A stretch of 64,000 nucleotides of DNA from Planctomycetota bacterium (GTDB lineage Bacteria; Planctomycetota; Phycisphaerae; Sedimentisphaerales; Anaerobacaceae): positions 20,405 through 84,404 of the forward strand of contig JAUWIG010000043.1 of NCBI GenBank assembly GCA_030605475.1, read 5' to 3'. Shown piece by piece: positions 1 through 9,514 of this stretch. The translations under genes were made by a program, and so were the position numbers. Each line of letters begins with the position of its first letter. The stretch's first letter is position 1. The notes beneath the pieces were generated by a model. That model had not been told where the DNA came from and searched no databases. It worked only from the letters and a program-made list of their open reading frames with translations.

Positions 1-1
1 C

Positions 2-1135
2 ACTGTCAGCGTAGGCAAAATCAGCCACAGTCCTGACGGACGCAAGCGAGGGCCATCAATTATTGAAACTGATGCTTATGATGCCGGCGATACCGGCGAG
101 CCGGAATTGCCGTTCGGCTGGGACGAAGTTTATACACCGTACGGACAATGGAAAACCGCATGGGGTGCTTTCTTCGCTTATGCAGGAGGCAAGACCCGCA
201 TACCCGGCAAAACCCCTTCCACCGAGGCAGCAGATGTGCCTGACACCGGCTATCCCGACGGGCTTATAGCCCAGGAAGCTATCAAGAAGCTTCGAGAACT
301 AAAAGGTCAACCTTTCTTTCTTGCGGTTGGCTTCTATAAACCACATTTGCCTTTCAACTCACCCAGGAAATACTGGGACGCTTACGAACGCGACAAAATT
401 AAGCTGTCAGCTACTCCGGATGCACCGAAGAACATCGACCCCAATATCAGTCTGCACAACAGTTATGAATTAACTCCAAGATATACGGGTCTGGCCACAC
501 CCGGTGTTGTTACCGGCGACGAAGCGCGAAAACTGCGCCACGGCTACTATGCCTGTGTTCATTATATTGATACCCAGGTCGGCAAGGTATTGAGTGAGTT
601 GGACCGCCTGGGGTTGCGGGACAATACTATTGTTGTTGTCTGGGGTGACCACGGCTGGCACCTCGGCGATTATAGTATCTGGGGCAAATCAACACTCTTT
701 GAGTTTGCATTGCGAAGTCCTCTTATTATTAGGGCTCCTGATGTTTCAGTTGCCGGCGGGAAAAATCCCCAATTGATAGAATCGCTCGACATCTATCCTA
801 CACTCTGCCGGTTGTGCGGCTTGGAGATACCGCAACATCTTGACGGCAAAAGCTTTGCCGCACTACTTAAAAATCCGGACTTACCCGGTAAGGGCTACGC
901 CTGCAGCTATCACAAGAAAGAAGATTTTGTCGGCGAGACTATGAGGACGAATCAATATCGGATAGTTCGCTGGACCGATTTAAATAACAAGACCATTCAA
1001 ATTGAGCTTTATAACCATAAGACCGACCCTGATGAAACAGAAAATATCGCTGATAAGCATCCTGAACTAACCAGGAAATTGTTGTCTCAAATGCGGATAA
1101 TCAATTCACAAACAGTTGGGAAAAAAGGCAAATAA
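2..1135 (+). CDS. sulfatase (iduronate-2-sulfatase-like), 5'-truncated by the window edge
   Basis: The frame is open from base 2, with no stop before the TTG at 107 used by the ORF track. The N-terminus and its active-site motif therefore lie upstream of the window. Sulfatase-family blocks are present: GQPFFLAVGFYKPHLPF and VVVWGDHGWHLGD. Confidence 0.8.
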   Translation, partial: TVSVGKISHSPDGRKRGPSIIETDAYDAGDTGEPELPFGWDEVYTPYGQWKTAWGAFFAYAGGKTRIPGKTPSTEAADVPDTGYPDGLIAQEAIKKLRELKGQPFFLAVGFYKPHLPFNSPRKYWDAYERDKIKLSATPDAPKNIDPNISLHNSYELTPRYTGLATPGVVTGDEARKLRHGYYACVHYIDTQVGKVLSELDRLGLRDNTIVVVWGDHGWHLGDYSIWGKSTLFEFALRSPLIIRAPDVSVAGGKNPQLIESLDIYPTLCRLCGLEIPQHLDGKSFAALLKNPDLPGKGYACSYHKKEDFVGETMRTNQYRIVRWTDLNNKTIQIELYNHKTDPDETENIADKHPELTRKLLSQMRIINSQTVGKKGK

Positions 1136-1140
1136 GAATA

Positions 1141-2265
1141 ATGCAAAAACCGGATTACCAGAAACTTCGAGAGCAAAAACAGTTTAGCTGGTATGTGGCC
1201 TTTTCAGGCAATGCTTTATGGACCCTGGCGGATATACCTATCAAAGATTTCTATACCAATCCCGACGCCTGTATCGAGGCATACCGCAGGGGCAGACCAT
1301 TGCTTAGAGAATTATTCGGGCCTGATGTCCCTTTGGCTCCTGTCAGTACACCTATGATTAAGTACGGCCATATAAATACGCTCGGCGCCAGGCTGAATTT
1401 CCCTGTCGGGGGTGAAGTTAGTTTTACACCGGTATTCGAATCGCCTGAGGAAGGAATTAAACATCTCCAAAAATCCGTGGATTTTGCAGCCGCCGGAATG
1501 ACACCTTTCTATTTGGACTTTTACAAGAAAATGCAGGATGCTTTTCCGGATGAGCGGGTCTATCTCGGCTGGCAATGGGAAGGACCTGTTACCACCGCCT
1601 GGGGGCTGCTGGGCGAGAGCTTTATGTACGATTTATTTGACAAGCCGGACACACTCCGTCAATTTCTGCAACTGTCAACAGCAAGTATGGTGGAGTTCTG
1701 CCGGTTTTTCTGCAAGGTTGAGAATACAGCGGTTCTCGATAGCGAGCCGGACCATGGACGGCTCTGCGATGATATTGCGGCTATGATACCGGCACGAATG
1801 TGGGAAGATTTTGTTCTGCCATACTGGGATATGTACTATGATGGCCCGGCACCGGGCAGAATCGTGCATTGTGAAGATATGATAGCAGAGCAGTTGCCGT
1901 ATCTGGAAAAAATTTCAATAATCGACTATGACCCCGGTATATCGCCTAAGTTAAACCCAAAGATTATCAATTCCACTACAGAGGTTCCATTCGGCTGGCG
2001 GTTAGGCGGATTTCATTACAGCTCTATGAGCTGTCAGGATGTCGAAGACTTTGTATACCAGGCCGTTGCCGACGGTGCCGGTTATGTCTTCACTTTTATT
2101 GAAGCGGTAATGTGCGATGAAACCACTGCCAAAAAAGTCCAGGCATTCATTGCCGCAGCGAAGGAGGCGGAGCGGTTACTTAATGAGGGGGTGGGTCGTG
2201 AGGAAATAGCAAAGCGGGTAAGTCCCACCGGCAGGAAAAAATTCTGGGACCATTGGCTCGATTAA
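1141..2265 (+). CDS. URO-D-like (uroporphyrinogen decarboxylase family fold) protein, function unknown
   Basis: 374-aa ORF starting 6 nt after the sulfatase stop. It resembles URO-D/MtaA-like TIM-barrel proteins (EGPVTTAWGLLGESFMYDLF, DDIAAMIPARMWEDFVLPYW, HCEDM). The family assignment is tentative. Confidence 0.5.
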   Translation: MQKPDYQKLREQKQFSWYVAFSGNALWTLADIPIKDFYTNPDACIEAYRRGRPLLRELFGPDVPLAPVSTPMIKYGHINTLGARLNFPVGGEVSFTPVFESPEEGIKHLQKSVDFAAAGMTPFYLDFYKKMQDAFPDERVYLGWQWEGPVTTAWGLLGESFMYDLFDKPDTLRQFLQLSTASMVEFCRFFCKVENTAVLDSEPDHGRLCDDIAAMIPARMWEDFVLPYWDMYYDGPAPGRIVHCEDMIAEQLPYLEKISIIDYDPGISPKLNPKIINSTTEVPFGWRLGGFHYSSMSCQDVEDFVYQAVADGAGYVFTFIEAVMCDETTAKKVQAFIAAAKEAERLLNEGVGREEIAKRVSPTGRKKFWDHWLD

Positions 2266-2440
2266 CAATCTCAACTGCACAATCGCAAACCTGTCCTGCC
2301 TGCCCTGAGCTTGTCGAAGGGAGCAAGGCCGATGGATCTCAATTAAAACCGCCTCTCCCCCTCTGGCCGGGGTTTCCTGCTGTTTTTTGGTTTTTGGGGA
2401 AGAAATTGATTATTTTGGTAAATAAAAAAAATCTTTTTGC

Positions 2441-2469
2441 TTGACTGGTGTGGGATTTTGGTATATATA
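2441..2469 (+). promoter_or_regulatory. sigma70-like promoter candidate (TTGACT-17 nt-TATATA) for the 1200-aa secreted protein gene
   Basis: TTGACT at 2441-2446 and TATATA at 2464-2469 with a 17-nt spacer, about 130 nt upstream of the ATG at 2598. Confidence 0.4.
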
Positions 2470-2597
2470 GCTTGTAATTGTTATATAGCTTTTAAGTAAA
2501 ATATAGGAGATGAGGGTTGAGGATGGGCGGGCACGATGTAGCGGCGCCCTTTTTAGTGCGCCGGGAGATACTAACAATTTTTTGAGAAAGAGAAAAA

Positions 2598-5500
2598 ATG
2601 AAAAAGATAATTCTGTTGAGCCTTCTGGTACTATTCGCAAGTGGAGTTTCAGCTTTAGGAACTACGCCAAAAGGTAACGGCGTTGTTATTATTACACTTG
2701 ACCCTGTAAATACAACTAATAATGGTGGCATTTTGCCACTTGCAGAATCATATGTGTGGTGGAATTGGAGTGGTTCGCTATCGATACCTGATGGCTCAAG
2801 TGGCTCCGGAACGTGGGTTGGAATAAACTGTAATACACCGAGTGGTATTCCAAGTGGTGCAGTTGTAACCAAAGTAAAAGTTCATCACGAGATCACTCAC
2901 ACCTTTATTGGAGACCTAGAGGTCAAGATATATAATGAACAAACAAGCCATGTCTGGATGGTTCGAAATAGGGAAGGGGGATCAGCAGACAATATAAACG
3001 AAACTAAAACCGAATATAGTATTTTTGATGGGGACAATCCAACACAGAAATGGTACTATCGGGTTCGGGATGTCTGGGGAGGAGATACTGGCACGTTAGA
3101 TGTTATGCAACTGTATGTATATTATGAAACAGCAGCCGAATCAGGTTATATTGTTTCAGCATCTCCATCTTCGTTTACAGGTGGTGTTGCTACTACAGTA
3201 ACTGTTCGTGTGCGTAATACCGGCGATAGCGATGATATGATTATTGAGTGGGACTCCAAGCCATCTGGTTGGAGTATCAACCCAGGATATCGAAATCCAT
3301 ATATGACATCAGGCAGCTATTATAATGCCATCTTTACGGTTACGCCCCCTGTGTCTGGTGGCAGCGGAACAATTGTATGGAAGTTTTACGACGATGATAT
3401 TCTTAGCAATGACCTTCTTGATACATATTATCAGTCTGTTAGTGCAACAGCACAAAAACCAGATTTTATAATAACAGACCTCGATACCGATCCAATCAGT
3501 CCTGTATGTGGCGAACCTTTTACTGTATCGGTTACCGTGACAAATCAAGGGCCGGTTGCTGGAAATGCAGGTTATCTGGATATGTGGATAAACAAGTCAT
3601 CCACCGCCAGTTGTGGGGAACAGGGCGATGACAGATTTTATGTTGGAACGTTGAACGCTGGGCAAAGCTACTTTATAACATTCTTTGGAGGCGCCTTATC
3701 TGCGGCACCATCGCCAGGAGGAAAGACTCTGCGGGCGTTTATTGACAGCGGATGTATCACTTCGGAGGAAATCGAGAGTAATAACCAGTCAACGCATAGT
3801 TACACAGTAATAGAGACCATATCTCCTCCTACCAGTATAAGCGGTGTTTCGTCTACTTACGTAGATAAGAATGAGAGTTATACAGCCAGTGGCGCAACGA
3901 GCAGTGGTGGTCACAGTTTGCAATATCAGTTCGATTGGGGAGACGGAAACTTTTCTGGTTGGGGTAGTGCAACGCAAAGTCATAGCTACGGTAATAGCTC
4001 GACATATAACGTAAAAGCTCGGGCAAGATGTGCTACCCATCCAACTTATGTTTCTTCATGGTCAGAGACGTTAAAATCAGTATCGGTCAGTTGGGTCCAA
4101 TTAAATACTAACGTTAACCCTATTGGGGCGGGTTCTGTTACCAAAAGTCCTGATAGGCCAGTAGGTTATTCTTATGGTGAAATTGTCCAACTTACTGCCA
4201 ACGCAAATTCAGGATATATTTTTGACTATTGGAGTGGGGATGCGTCAAGGTCATCAAATCCCATTTCCATAACAATGAACTCAAACAAAACAATTACGGC
4301 CAATTTCAGGTCAACTCCCGTTATCCGAATTGAGCCAAATTTATTGGAGTTCGAATATTCCCCCAGTATCGGCAGCTCAGCGGCAAGCTATGACCGCGAA
4401 CCTCTTCAAGTCGAGAGGTTTATGGAATCTTCCGTGAACGAGCAGGTACAGTTGCCTGCCTATGATGGGCCTCAACAAAGCAAGACCGGACCAACTCCAC
4501 CTCCAGGTGTTCCAGAAAAAATCCGTGAGATTGGTATCCTAGCTGAGGTTACACTTCCTTCAGTACCACCTTATTCTTGGAGGCATGGTTGCGGACCTAC
4601 AGCAGTAGGCATGGTTGTAGGTTATCATGATAGCCAAAGCTATAATGACCTCATCACAGGAGATGCTTCAACACAGACCGACGAAGTCAACCAGGCAATA
4701 GCTTCGGGAGGAACATCTGGGAGTCCTTATCCCTCGGGTTCAGAACAACATTATGAGGATTATTCCCGCCCCGAAGACCCACCTCCAGGGGTGATGCAAA
4801 CCGACGATTATATCACCCAAGCTCGCATACCTCATTCTGACAACTGCATTGGGGATTATATGGACACATCCAAGAGCACACGCGACAACCGTTACGGCTG
4901 GAGTTGGTCCAGTGATGTTGGGCCATCGTTTGTCTCTTATGTGGATCAGCAAAATTTAAGCTACAACCCATCCTACCAACAGTACCAAATGGGCAGCACG
5001 CTCACTTGGAACATTCTTACCACAGAAATAGACAATGGTCGACCCATGGTTTTCCTCGTTGACACTGATGCTGATGGAGGCACAGACCATTTTGTGACAG
5101 TTGTGGGATATCGAGACACGCCTTCCCAGCAATATGGATGTCTAGACACTTGGGCCCCAGCCGATATTGTCAGGTGGTGTGACTTTGCACAGATGAGTGG
5201 CGGGCAACCTTGGGGAATTTGGGGTGGATGGTCCTTTAGTCTTGCACCACTAAGCGAAGATTCTTTTACAATCTATAATGACGGAACAGCGGATCTTGAA
5301 GTAAACAGCATTTCTAAGAGGGATGGTGATGCCTGGCTGGCTTCCTGGGCTCCAGATGCACCATTCACAATAGTCCCAGGCGGAAGCCAAACTGTGGTTG
5401 TGAATATTGACGGGGCATTGGGTGCCCCGGGACTTAATGAAGAGCAATTGATTGTTTTAAGCAATGATGACGACAAGAGTCCATATCCCGGTGGTGTATA

Positions 5501-6200
5501 TGTTAATCTTACGGTAACATGTGTTTCTACAACGATTGAGCAACCGCCTCAGGATATTACTATATGCGAAGGCCAAGATGCTGTGTTTGATATTGTTGCG
5601 ACCGGGTCAGGGCCATTACATTACCAATGGAAAAAAGATAGTGTTGATGTTGGTAGTGATAGCTCGATGTTAACTTTATCCAATATGCAGTTGGCAGATG
5701 ACGGTTCAGAGGTTTGGTGCGAGGTGACTAATGCATGTGATTCTATAGTTGCTAGTACATCAGCCTTTTTAACAGTGTACCCTTGGCCAACGGTGACCAT
5801 TAATCCAAATCCTGACCAGTTAAATGCCGGTTGGATTTTGGATGGTCCTAATGGCTATACGTATAGTAATAACGGTGATGAGACAATAGCAGATCTTGAA
5901 TTTGGTAGCTATACAATAACATGGTCTAGTATACCGAGGTGGAATACTCCCTTACTTAATCCTGATACAAAGAACTTATCAGTTGGAAACTCCATCAATT
6001 TTATTGGCAATTACCAACTTATTGCAGACCTCAATAATGATTATTCTGTGGACTATGAGGATTTGGCGAGGCTGGCAAATGAGTGGCTATGGACGGGCCA
6101 GTCGGGCGGTATCCCCGAAGATATTATGCAAGATGGTATTGTAAACTTTGCTGATTTCGCTCTATTAGCTCAAAACTGGTTGGCAGGTGTTACCCCTTGA
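2598..6200 (+). CDS. giant secreted multidomain protein: signal peptide, proprotein-convertase P-domain, CARDB, PKD-like, InlB B-repeat-like, C39-like cysteine peptidase, Ig-like and dockerin-like C-terminus
   Basis: N-terminal signal peptide MKKIILLSLLVLFASGVSA. P-domain signature VKVHHEITHTFIGDLEVKIYN. CARDB-like ITDLDTDPISPVCGEPFTVSVTVTNQG. InlB-B-repeat-like VNPIGAGSVTKSP..LTANANSGYIFDYWSGD. C39-like Cys (SWRHGCGPTAVGMVVGY) and His (TDHFVTVVGY). Ig-like LHYQWKKDSVDV. C-terminal paired DLNNDYSVDYEDLARLANEWL / DGIVNFADFALLAQNWL. Confidence 0.8.
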   Translation: MKKIILLSLLVLFASGVSALGTTPKGNGVVIITLDPVNTTNNGGILPLAESYVWWNWSGSLSIPDGSSGSGTWVGINCNTPSGIPSGAVVTKVKVHHEITHTFIGDLEVKIYNEQTSHVWMVRNREGGSADNINETKTEYSIFDGDNPTQKWYYRVRDVWGGDTGTLDVMQLYVYYETAAESGYIVSASPSSFTGGVATTVTVRVRNTGDSDDMIIEWDSKPSGWSINPGYRNPYMTSGSYYNAIFTVTPPVSGGSGTIVWKFYDDDILSNDLLDTYYQSVSATAQKPDFIITDLDTDPISPVCGEPFTVSVTVTNQGPVAGNAGYLDMWINKSSTASCGEQGDDRFYVGTLNAGQSYFITFFGGALSAAPSPGGKTLRAFIDSGCITSEEIESNNQSTHSYTVIETISPPTSISGVSSTYVDKNESYTASGATSSGGHSLQYQFDWGDGNFSGWGSATQSHSYGNSSTYNVKARARCATHPTYVSSWSETLKSVSVSWVQLNTNVNPIGAGSVTKSPDRPVGYSYGEIVQLTANANSGYIFDYWSGDASRSSNPISITMNSNKTITANFRSTPVIRIEPNLLEFEYSPSIGSSAASYDREPLQVERFMESSVNEQVQLPAYDGPQQSKTGPTPPPGVPEKIREIGILAEVTLPSVPPYSWRHGCGPTAVGMVVGYHDSQSYNDLITGDASTQTDEVNQAIASGGTSGSPYPSGSEQHYEDYSRPEDPPPGVMQTDDYITQARIPHSDNCIGDYMDTSKSTRDNRYGWSWSSDVGPSFVSYVDQQNLSYNPSYQQYQMGSTLTWNILTTEIDNGRPMVFLVDTDADGGTDHFVTVVGYRDTPSQQYGCLDTWAPADIVRWCDFAQMSGGQPWGIWGGWSFSLAPLSEDSFTIYNDGTADLEVNSISKRDGDAWLASWAPDAPFTIVPGGSQTVVVNIDGALGAPGLNEEQLIVLSNDDDKSPYPGGVYVNLTVTCVSTTIEQPPQDITICEGQDAVFDIVATGSGPLHYQWKKDSVDVGSDSSMLTLSNMQLADDGSEVWCEVTNACDSIVASTSAFLTVYPWPTVTINPNPDQLNAGWILDGPNGYTYSNNGDETIADLEFGSYTITWSSIPRWNTPLLNPDTKNLSVGNSINFIGNYQLIADLNNDYSVDYEDLARLANEWLWTGQSGGIPEDIMQDGIVNFADFALLAQNWLAGVTP

Positions 6201-6235
6201 GTTCGTCAGAGTTAAAGGATAAATTAGAGGGCCGT

Positions 6236-6261
6236 GAGCGTATATCGCTTGCGCTCTTTTT
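6236..6261 (+). terminator. rho-independent terminator candidate after the 1200-aa gene
   Basis: GAGCG (6236-6240) pairs with CGCTC (6252-6256) across an 11-nt loop, followed by TTTTT. The stem is short, so confidence is moderate. Confidence 0.35.
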
Positions 6262-6547
6262 CTATGCTCTTTCCACGTTGAATCGCTTCGGATTCTCTCC
6301 AGAATTTCTCAAGCTCAGAATGAGCGCAGATCCCGCACCAATTTTGTTTTTTAAATTTGGTGCGTGGACAATCTCCGCAATCCCAAAATCAAATCCGCGT
6401 CTAATTTTTCATAGTGTTTTTTGTGCCTAAAAAAATCTGCGTTAACTTGTGCCAGTGCAAACGGGAAATCCGTGGCCAAGTTTCTCTGTGAAATCCGCGC
6501 TCTCCGCGGTTAAAAAACTATGAACCATGAACTATAAGCTATGAACT

Positions 6548-6700
6548 AAAAGTGCGCAAAAAAGCGCACTTTTTAGCATTTTTTCTCATTTTCTTGCACT
6601 TTTTGCTCACTTTCTTGCACTTTCTTGCATTTTTTACTCACTTTTTTTGCATTTTCTTGCAATTTTTTGCAGTTTTTTACCACAACTTGCGCATTTATGC
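6548..6700 (+). repeat. hairpin plus degenerate tandem array (about 11 units, 10-12 nt period, core TTKCWTGCA), copy 1 of 2
   Basis: AAAAGTGCGC-AAAAAA-GCGCACTTTT hairpin at 6548-6573. It is followed by ttctca/ttcttgca/tttgctca/ttcttgca/ttcttgca/tttactca/ttttgca/ttcttgca/ttttgca units and ends in acttgcgcattt. A homologous array lies at 44952-45098. Confidence 0.8.
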
Positions 6701-6825
6701 CGTTAGAGAAGAGTCTCTAATGGTATTTGATTGAAGATTTAATCTATTTTTGAAAGTCTCCCGAAACCTGAAAATATCTGGTTGCTGTTTTTATTAATCT
6801 ATGTAGTATATGCACTTAAACAATT

Positions 6826-7968
6826 ATGCCCGAGAAAGACAAAACATATCGGATTTTTATAAGTGCCGCTGAGCCAAGCGGCGATGCCCACTGTGCGGAT
6901 TTGATAACCACCTTAAAGCAAAGCACTTACAACATCGAATTCGTCGGCGTGGGCGGCCCAAAAATGGCCGAAGCCGGCTGCCAACTGCTCGAAACCATCG
7001 TCGGCAAAGCCGCAATGATATACAAAGCATTCACCCACATCCTCCGCTATTACAAGCTGATAAGGCGCATAACTCGTTTCTTAAAAAGCACTAAGGTCGA
7101 CTTGGTTATCGTCTGCGACTCCCCGGCTTTTAATTTTCACGTCGCAAAAGCCGCAAAAAAAGCAGGCATAAAGACTCTTTTTTATGTCGCTCCCCAGTTA
7201 TGGGCCTGGGCCGGCTGGCGAATTCGCAAACTGCGAAAATGTTGCGATAAACTCTGCTGTATACTACCTTTCGAGCAAAAATGGTTTAGTGAAAAGGGCA
7301 TTGATGTAACCTTCGTGGGCAATCCACTGCTCGATGAACTGGATACTAATTTGGGCCGTTATAGAAAAAAATATACTGATTTTGAGCCAAAAAACGTGAA
7401 AATCGCTTTTATGCCCGGCTCGCGAGCCGCAGAAATAGATTTGCTCTGGCGACCGATGCAGCAGATAGCGGTTCGGATAAAGCGAAAATACCCCAATGTC
7501 GCTTTTACCGCTGTGGCTGTGGACGACCAGAGAAAAGAAATTCTAAAAACAAGGCGAGTTCTCGGCTTCAGGTGCGAATATGTCGTCGGCTCAGTTAGCG
7601 ATATTGCCGCCGCTGCCGATTTTGCAGTTGTGGCAAGCGGAAGTGCCACTTTGCAGGTGGCAGCGGTGGGATGTCCTATGGTGATAATGTATCAATCCAG
7701 CAGAATATTATGGCACCTGATAGGGCGTTGGCTGTTAAAAACAAAATACCTGTCTTTGGTCAATATTTTAGCGAAAAGAGAGCTGGTGCCGGAGTTTATG
7801 CCGTATTTTTCTTCGATTGAACCCATTGTGCAAGCTATTGAGCAGCTTTTAGAAGACAGGGGCAGGTTAATTCGAATCAGCAGAGAGCTTACTCAACTGG
7901 CAGAGCCGTTGGGCCGGGCAAAAGCATCAGAAAAGGTCGCGCAAATCGTTAGCCAGATGTTAGATTAA
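6826..7968 (+). CDS. lpxB: lipid-A-disaccharide synthase
   Basis: N-terminal YRIFISAAEPSGDAHCADLI and FYVAPQLWAWAGWR blocks typical of LpxB. 380 aa. Confidence 0.85.
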   Translation: MPEKDKTYRIFISAAEPSGDAHCADLITTLKQSTYNIEFVGVGGPKMAEAGCQLLETIVGKAAMIYKAFTHILRYYKLIRRITRFLKSTKVDLVIVCDSPAFNFHVAKAAKKAGIKTLFYVAPQLWAWAGWRIRKLRKCCDKLCCILPFEQKWFSEKGIDVTFVGNPLLDELDTNLGRYRKKYTDFEPKNVKIAFMPGSRAAEIDLLWRPMQQIAVRIKRKYPNVAFTAVAVDDQRKEILKTRRVLGFRCEYVVGSVSDIAAAADFAVVASGSATLQVAAVGCPMVIMYQSSRILWHLIGRWLLKTKYLSLVNILAKRELVPEFMPYFSSIEPIVQAIEQLLEDRGRLIRISRELTQLAEPLGRAKASEKVAQIVSQMLD

Positions 7969-7997
7969 GTTCACTCTTTGTTAACGCTATAGAAGCT

Positions 7998-8429
7998 ATG
8001 CCGGATAAGCAAAGAGTAAAAATACTGTTTTTATGCACGGCCAATTCGTCCAGAAGCCAGATGGCTGAGGGCTGGGCTGAGCACTTAAAGAGCGATTGTA
8101 TCGACGCTTACTCTGCTGGTATCAGGCCGAGCAGGGTCAGTGAGCGGGCAATTGAGGTCATGGCTCAGGCCGGCGTGGATATCTCCGGGCACATTTGTAA
8201 GCACGTTGACGACCTTGCGGGGATTGACTTTGATTACGTAGTAACCGTCTGCGATAACGCGAAGGAACATTGCCCAACGTTTCCCGGCAGGGTCAAACTT
8301 GCTCATAAAAGTTTTGACGACCCTTCCGGCACAACAGGGACATCTGAAGAAGTTATGGCTGAGTTTAGGAGGGTCCGTGATGAAATCAGGGCTTTCGTGG
8401 AGACTTTGCCTGAGAGTCTGGCCTTATGA
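7998..8429 (+). CDS. arsC: low-molecular-weight phosphatase-family arsenate reductase
   Basis: P-loop LFLCTANSSRSQMAEGW (CX5R-S) and downstream Cys residues (VTVCDNAKEHCP) typical of thioredoxin-coupled ArsC/LMW-PTP enzymes. Confidence 0.7.
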   Translation: MPDKQRVKILFLCTANSSRSQMAEGWAEHLKSDCIDAYSAGIRPSRVSERAIEVMAQAGVDISGHICKHVDDLAGIDFDYVVTVCDNAKEHCPTFPGRVKLAHKSFDDPSGTTGTSEEVMAEFRRVRDEIRAFVETLPESLAL

Positions 8430-8464
8430 GGTGATGCGCAAGAGACTTGCAAAAGGTATTCGTT

Positions 8465-9472
8465 ATGAGTGAAAAGATATATACGCTCTCTGACGTTCCT
8501 TTCGAACAGGCTGCGCTGCTGATGTGTGCTTTTAGTGGCGTTGAGCAGCAGCCGCTCTTAAAAATGATGGGGCGAAGGCGGAAATATTCCCGCAGCAAAT
8601 TGATAAAGCTCGCGGAATATGGTGTGGGTCAAAAGGCCATCGAATCTGTGAAAGTGCGTCTGCACGATGGCAGTATTGAGACGGTTGTCAATCAGAGGAC
8701 CTTTCCCACGGAATTCTCCGCTTTCCTCGAGAAGGTTGCCGGCGGCGAGGCGGGCCTGTCCCGAACACAGGTTCGGCGTATTCTTCGCAGCGGGCGCAGC
8801 TATAAACGAGCGTTGCTCCGGTATATTCATTCGACGCCCATACTTCTGCGGATATCCGAGCGGTTCTGCCGAGATTTGGACGCGTTCATCAATCTGGTCG
8901 ATGTCAGTCGGTTTCGGGCGGTTCAGAACCATAGTGAGATACGTGGTTTGCTGGAGTTGCTTGCCGACAGGCGGCCGAAGACGCTTCTGGAAATCGGTAC
9001 TAATAAGGGCGGTAGCCTGTACCTTCTTACGAAGGTCGCCGATTCCGCTGCCGCAGTGGTCAGCGTTGATATTCATATCGAAAACAAAAAGCTGCTGAAC
9101 TCATTTGCGCGAAAACAGCAGCGTCTTATGATTATCGAGGCGGACTCAACCGCACCGGAGACGATTGTCAAGATTCGCAGCATTTTCGAGGATGGCGTGG
9201 ACTTTTTGTTCTTAGACGGCGACCACTCGTTCGAGGGGATTAAAAAGGATTTTGAGAACTACTGGCCTCTCGTTCGCCCAGGTGGATTGGTAGCCTTGCA
9301 CGACATTATTGAGGACGCCAATACACGCTATGGCGTTTGTACAGGTGGATGGGTCGGCGGCGTGCCGACCTTCTGGCGGGAACTTAAGCCACGTTTCCGG
9401 CACGTCGAGTTTATTGACCATCCGGAGCAGGACGGTCGCGGAATTGGAGTTTTGTTCAAGCCACAGGCGTGA
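8465..9472 (+). CDS. class I SAM-dependent methyltransferase (Methyltransf_24/CmcI-like) with an uncharacterised N-terminal domain
   Basis: TLLEIGTNKGGSLYLL (SAM motif I) and FLFLDGDHSFEGIKKDFENYWPLVRPGGLVALHDI. The ORF track starts at TTG 8447. The ATG at 8465 is the first ATG in frame. Confidence 0.7.
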   Translation: MSEKIYTLSDVPFEQAALLMCAFSGVEQQPLLKMMGRRRKYSRSKLIKLAEYGVGQKAIESVKVRLHDGSIETVVNQRTFPTEFSAFLEKVAGGEAGLSRTQVRRILRSGRSYKRALLRYIHSTPILLRISERFCRDLDAFINLVDVSRFRAVQNHSEIRGLLELLADRRPKTLLEIGTNKGGSLYLLTKVADSAAAVVSVDIHIENKKLLNSFARKQQRLMIIEADSTAPETIVKIRSIFEDGVDFLFLDGDHSFEGIKKDFENYWPLVRPGGLVALHDIIEDANTRYGVCTGGWVGGVPTFWRELKPRFRHVEFIDHPEQDGRGIGVLFKPQA

Positions 9473-9514
9473 GGAAGGCTCGAAAGGGCGGGAACTTGGT
9501 TTTGTTTTTAAGTC

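Noticed and set aside
63-269. 68-aa ORF at the window start
   Set aside because: It is an alternative frame of the 5'-truncated sulfatase gene, whose own frame is open from base 2 and carries the family motifs.
6548-6700. Possible CRISPR array
   Set aside because: The units are only 10-12 nt long and directly abut each other without unique spacers. No cas genes or leader are present.
6552-6734. 60-aa ORF (MRKKAHFLAFFLIFLHFLL...), and the minus-strand ORFs 44721-45032 and 44849-45088 (KKCKKVQENAKKC...)
   Set aside because: These are periodic low-complexity translations of the TTGCA-type tandem arrays. No RBS is present, and both strands give equally repetitive peptides.
8558-9098. 172-aa minus-strand ORF and 143-aa plus-strand alternative-frame ORF overlapping the methyltransferase gene
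   Set aside because: The methyltransferase frame carries the SAM-binding motifs. The overlapping ORFs are Arg/Pro-rich shadows.
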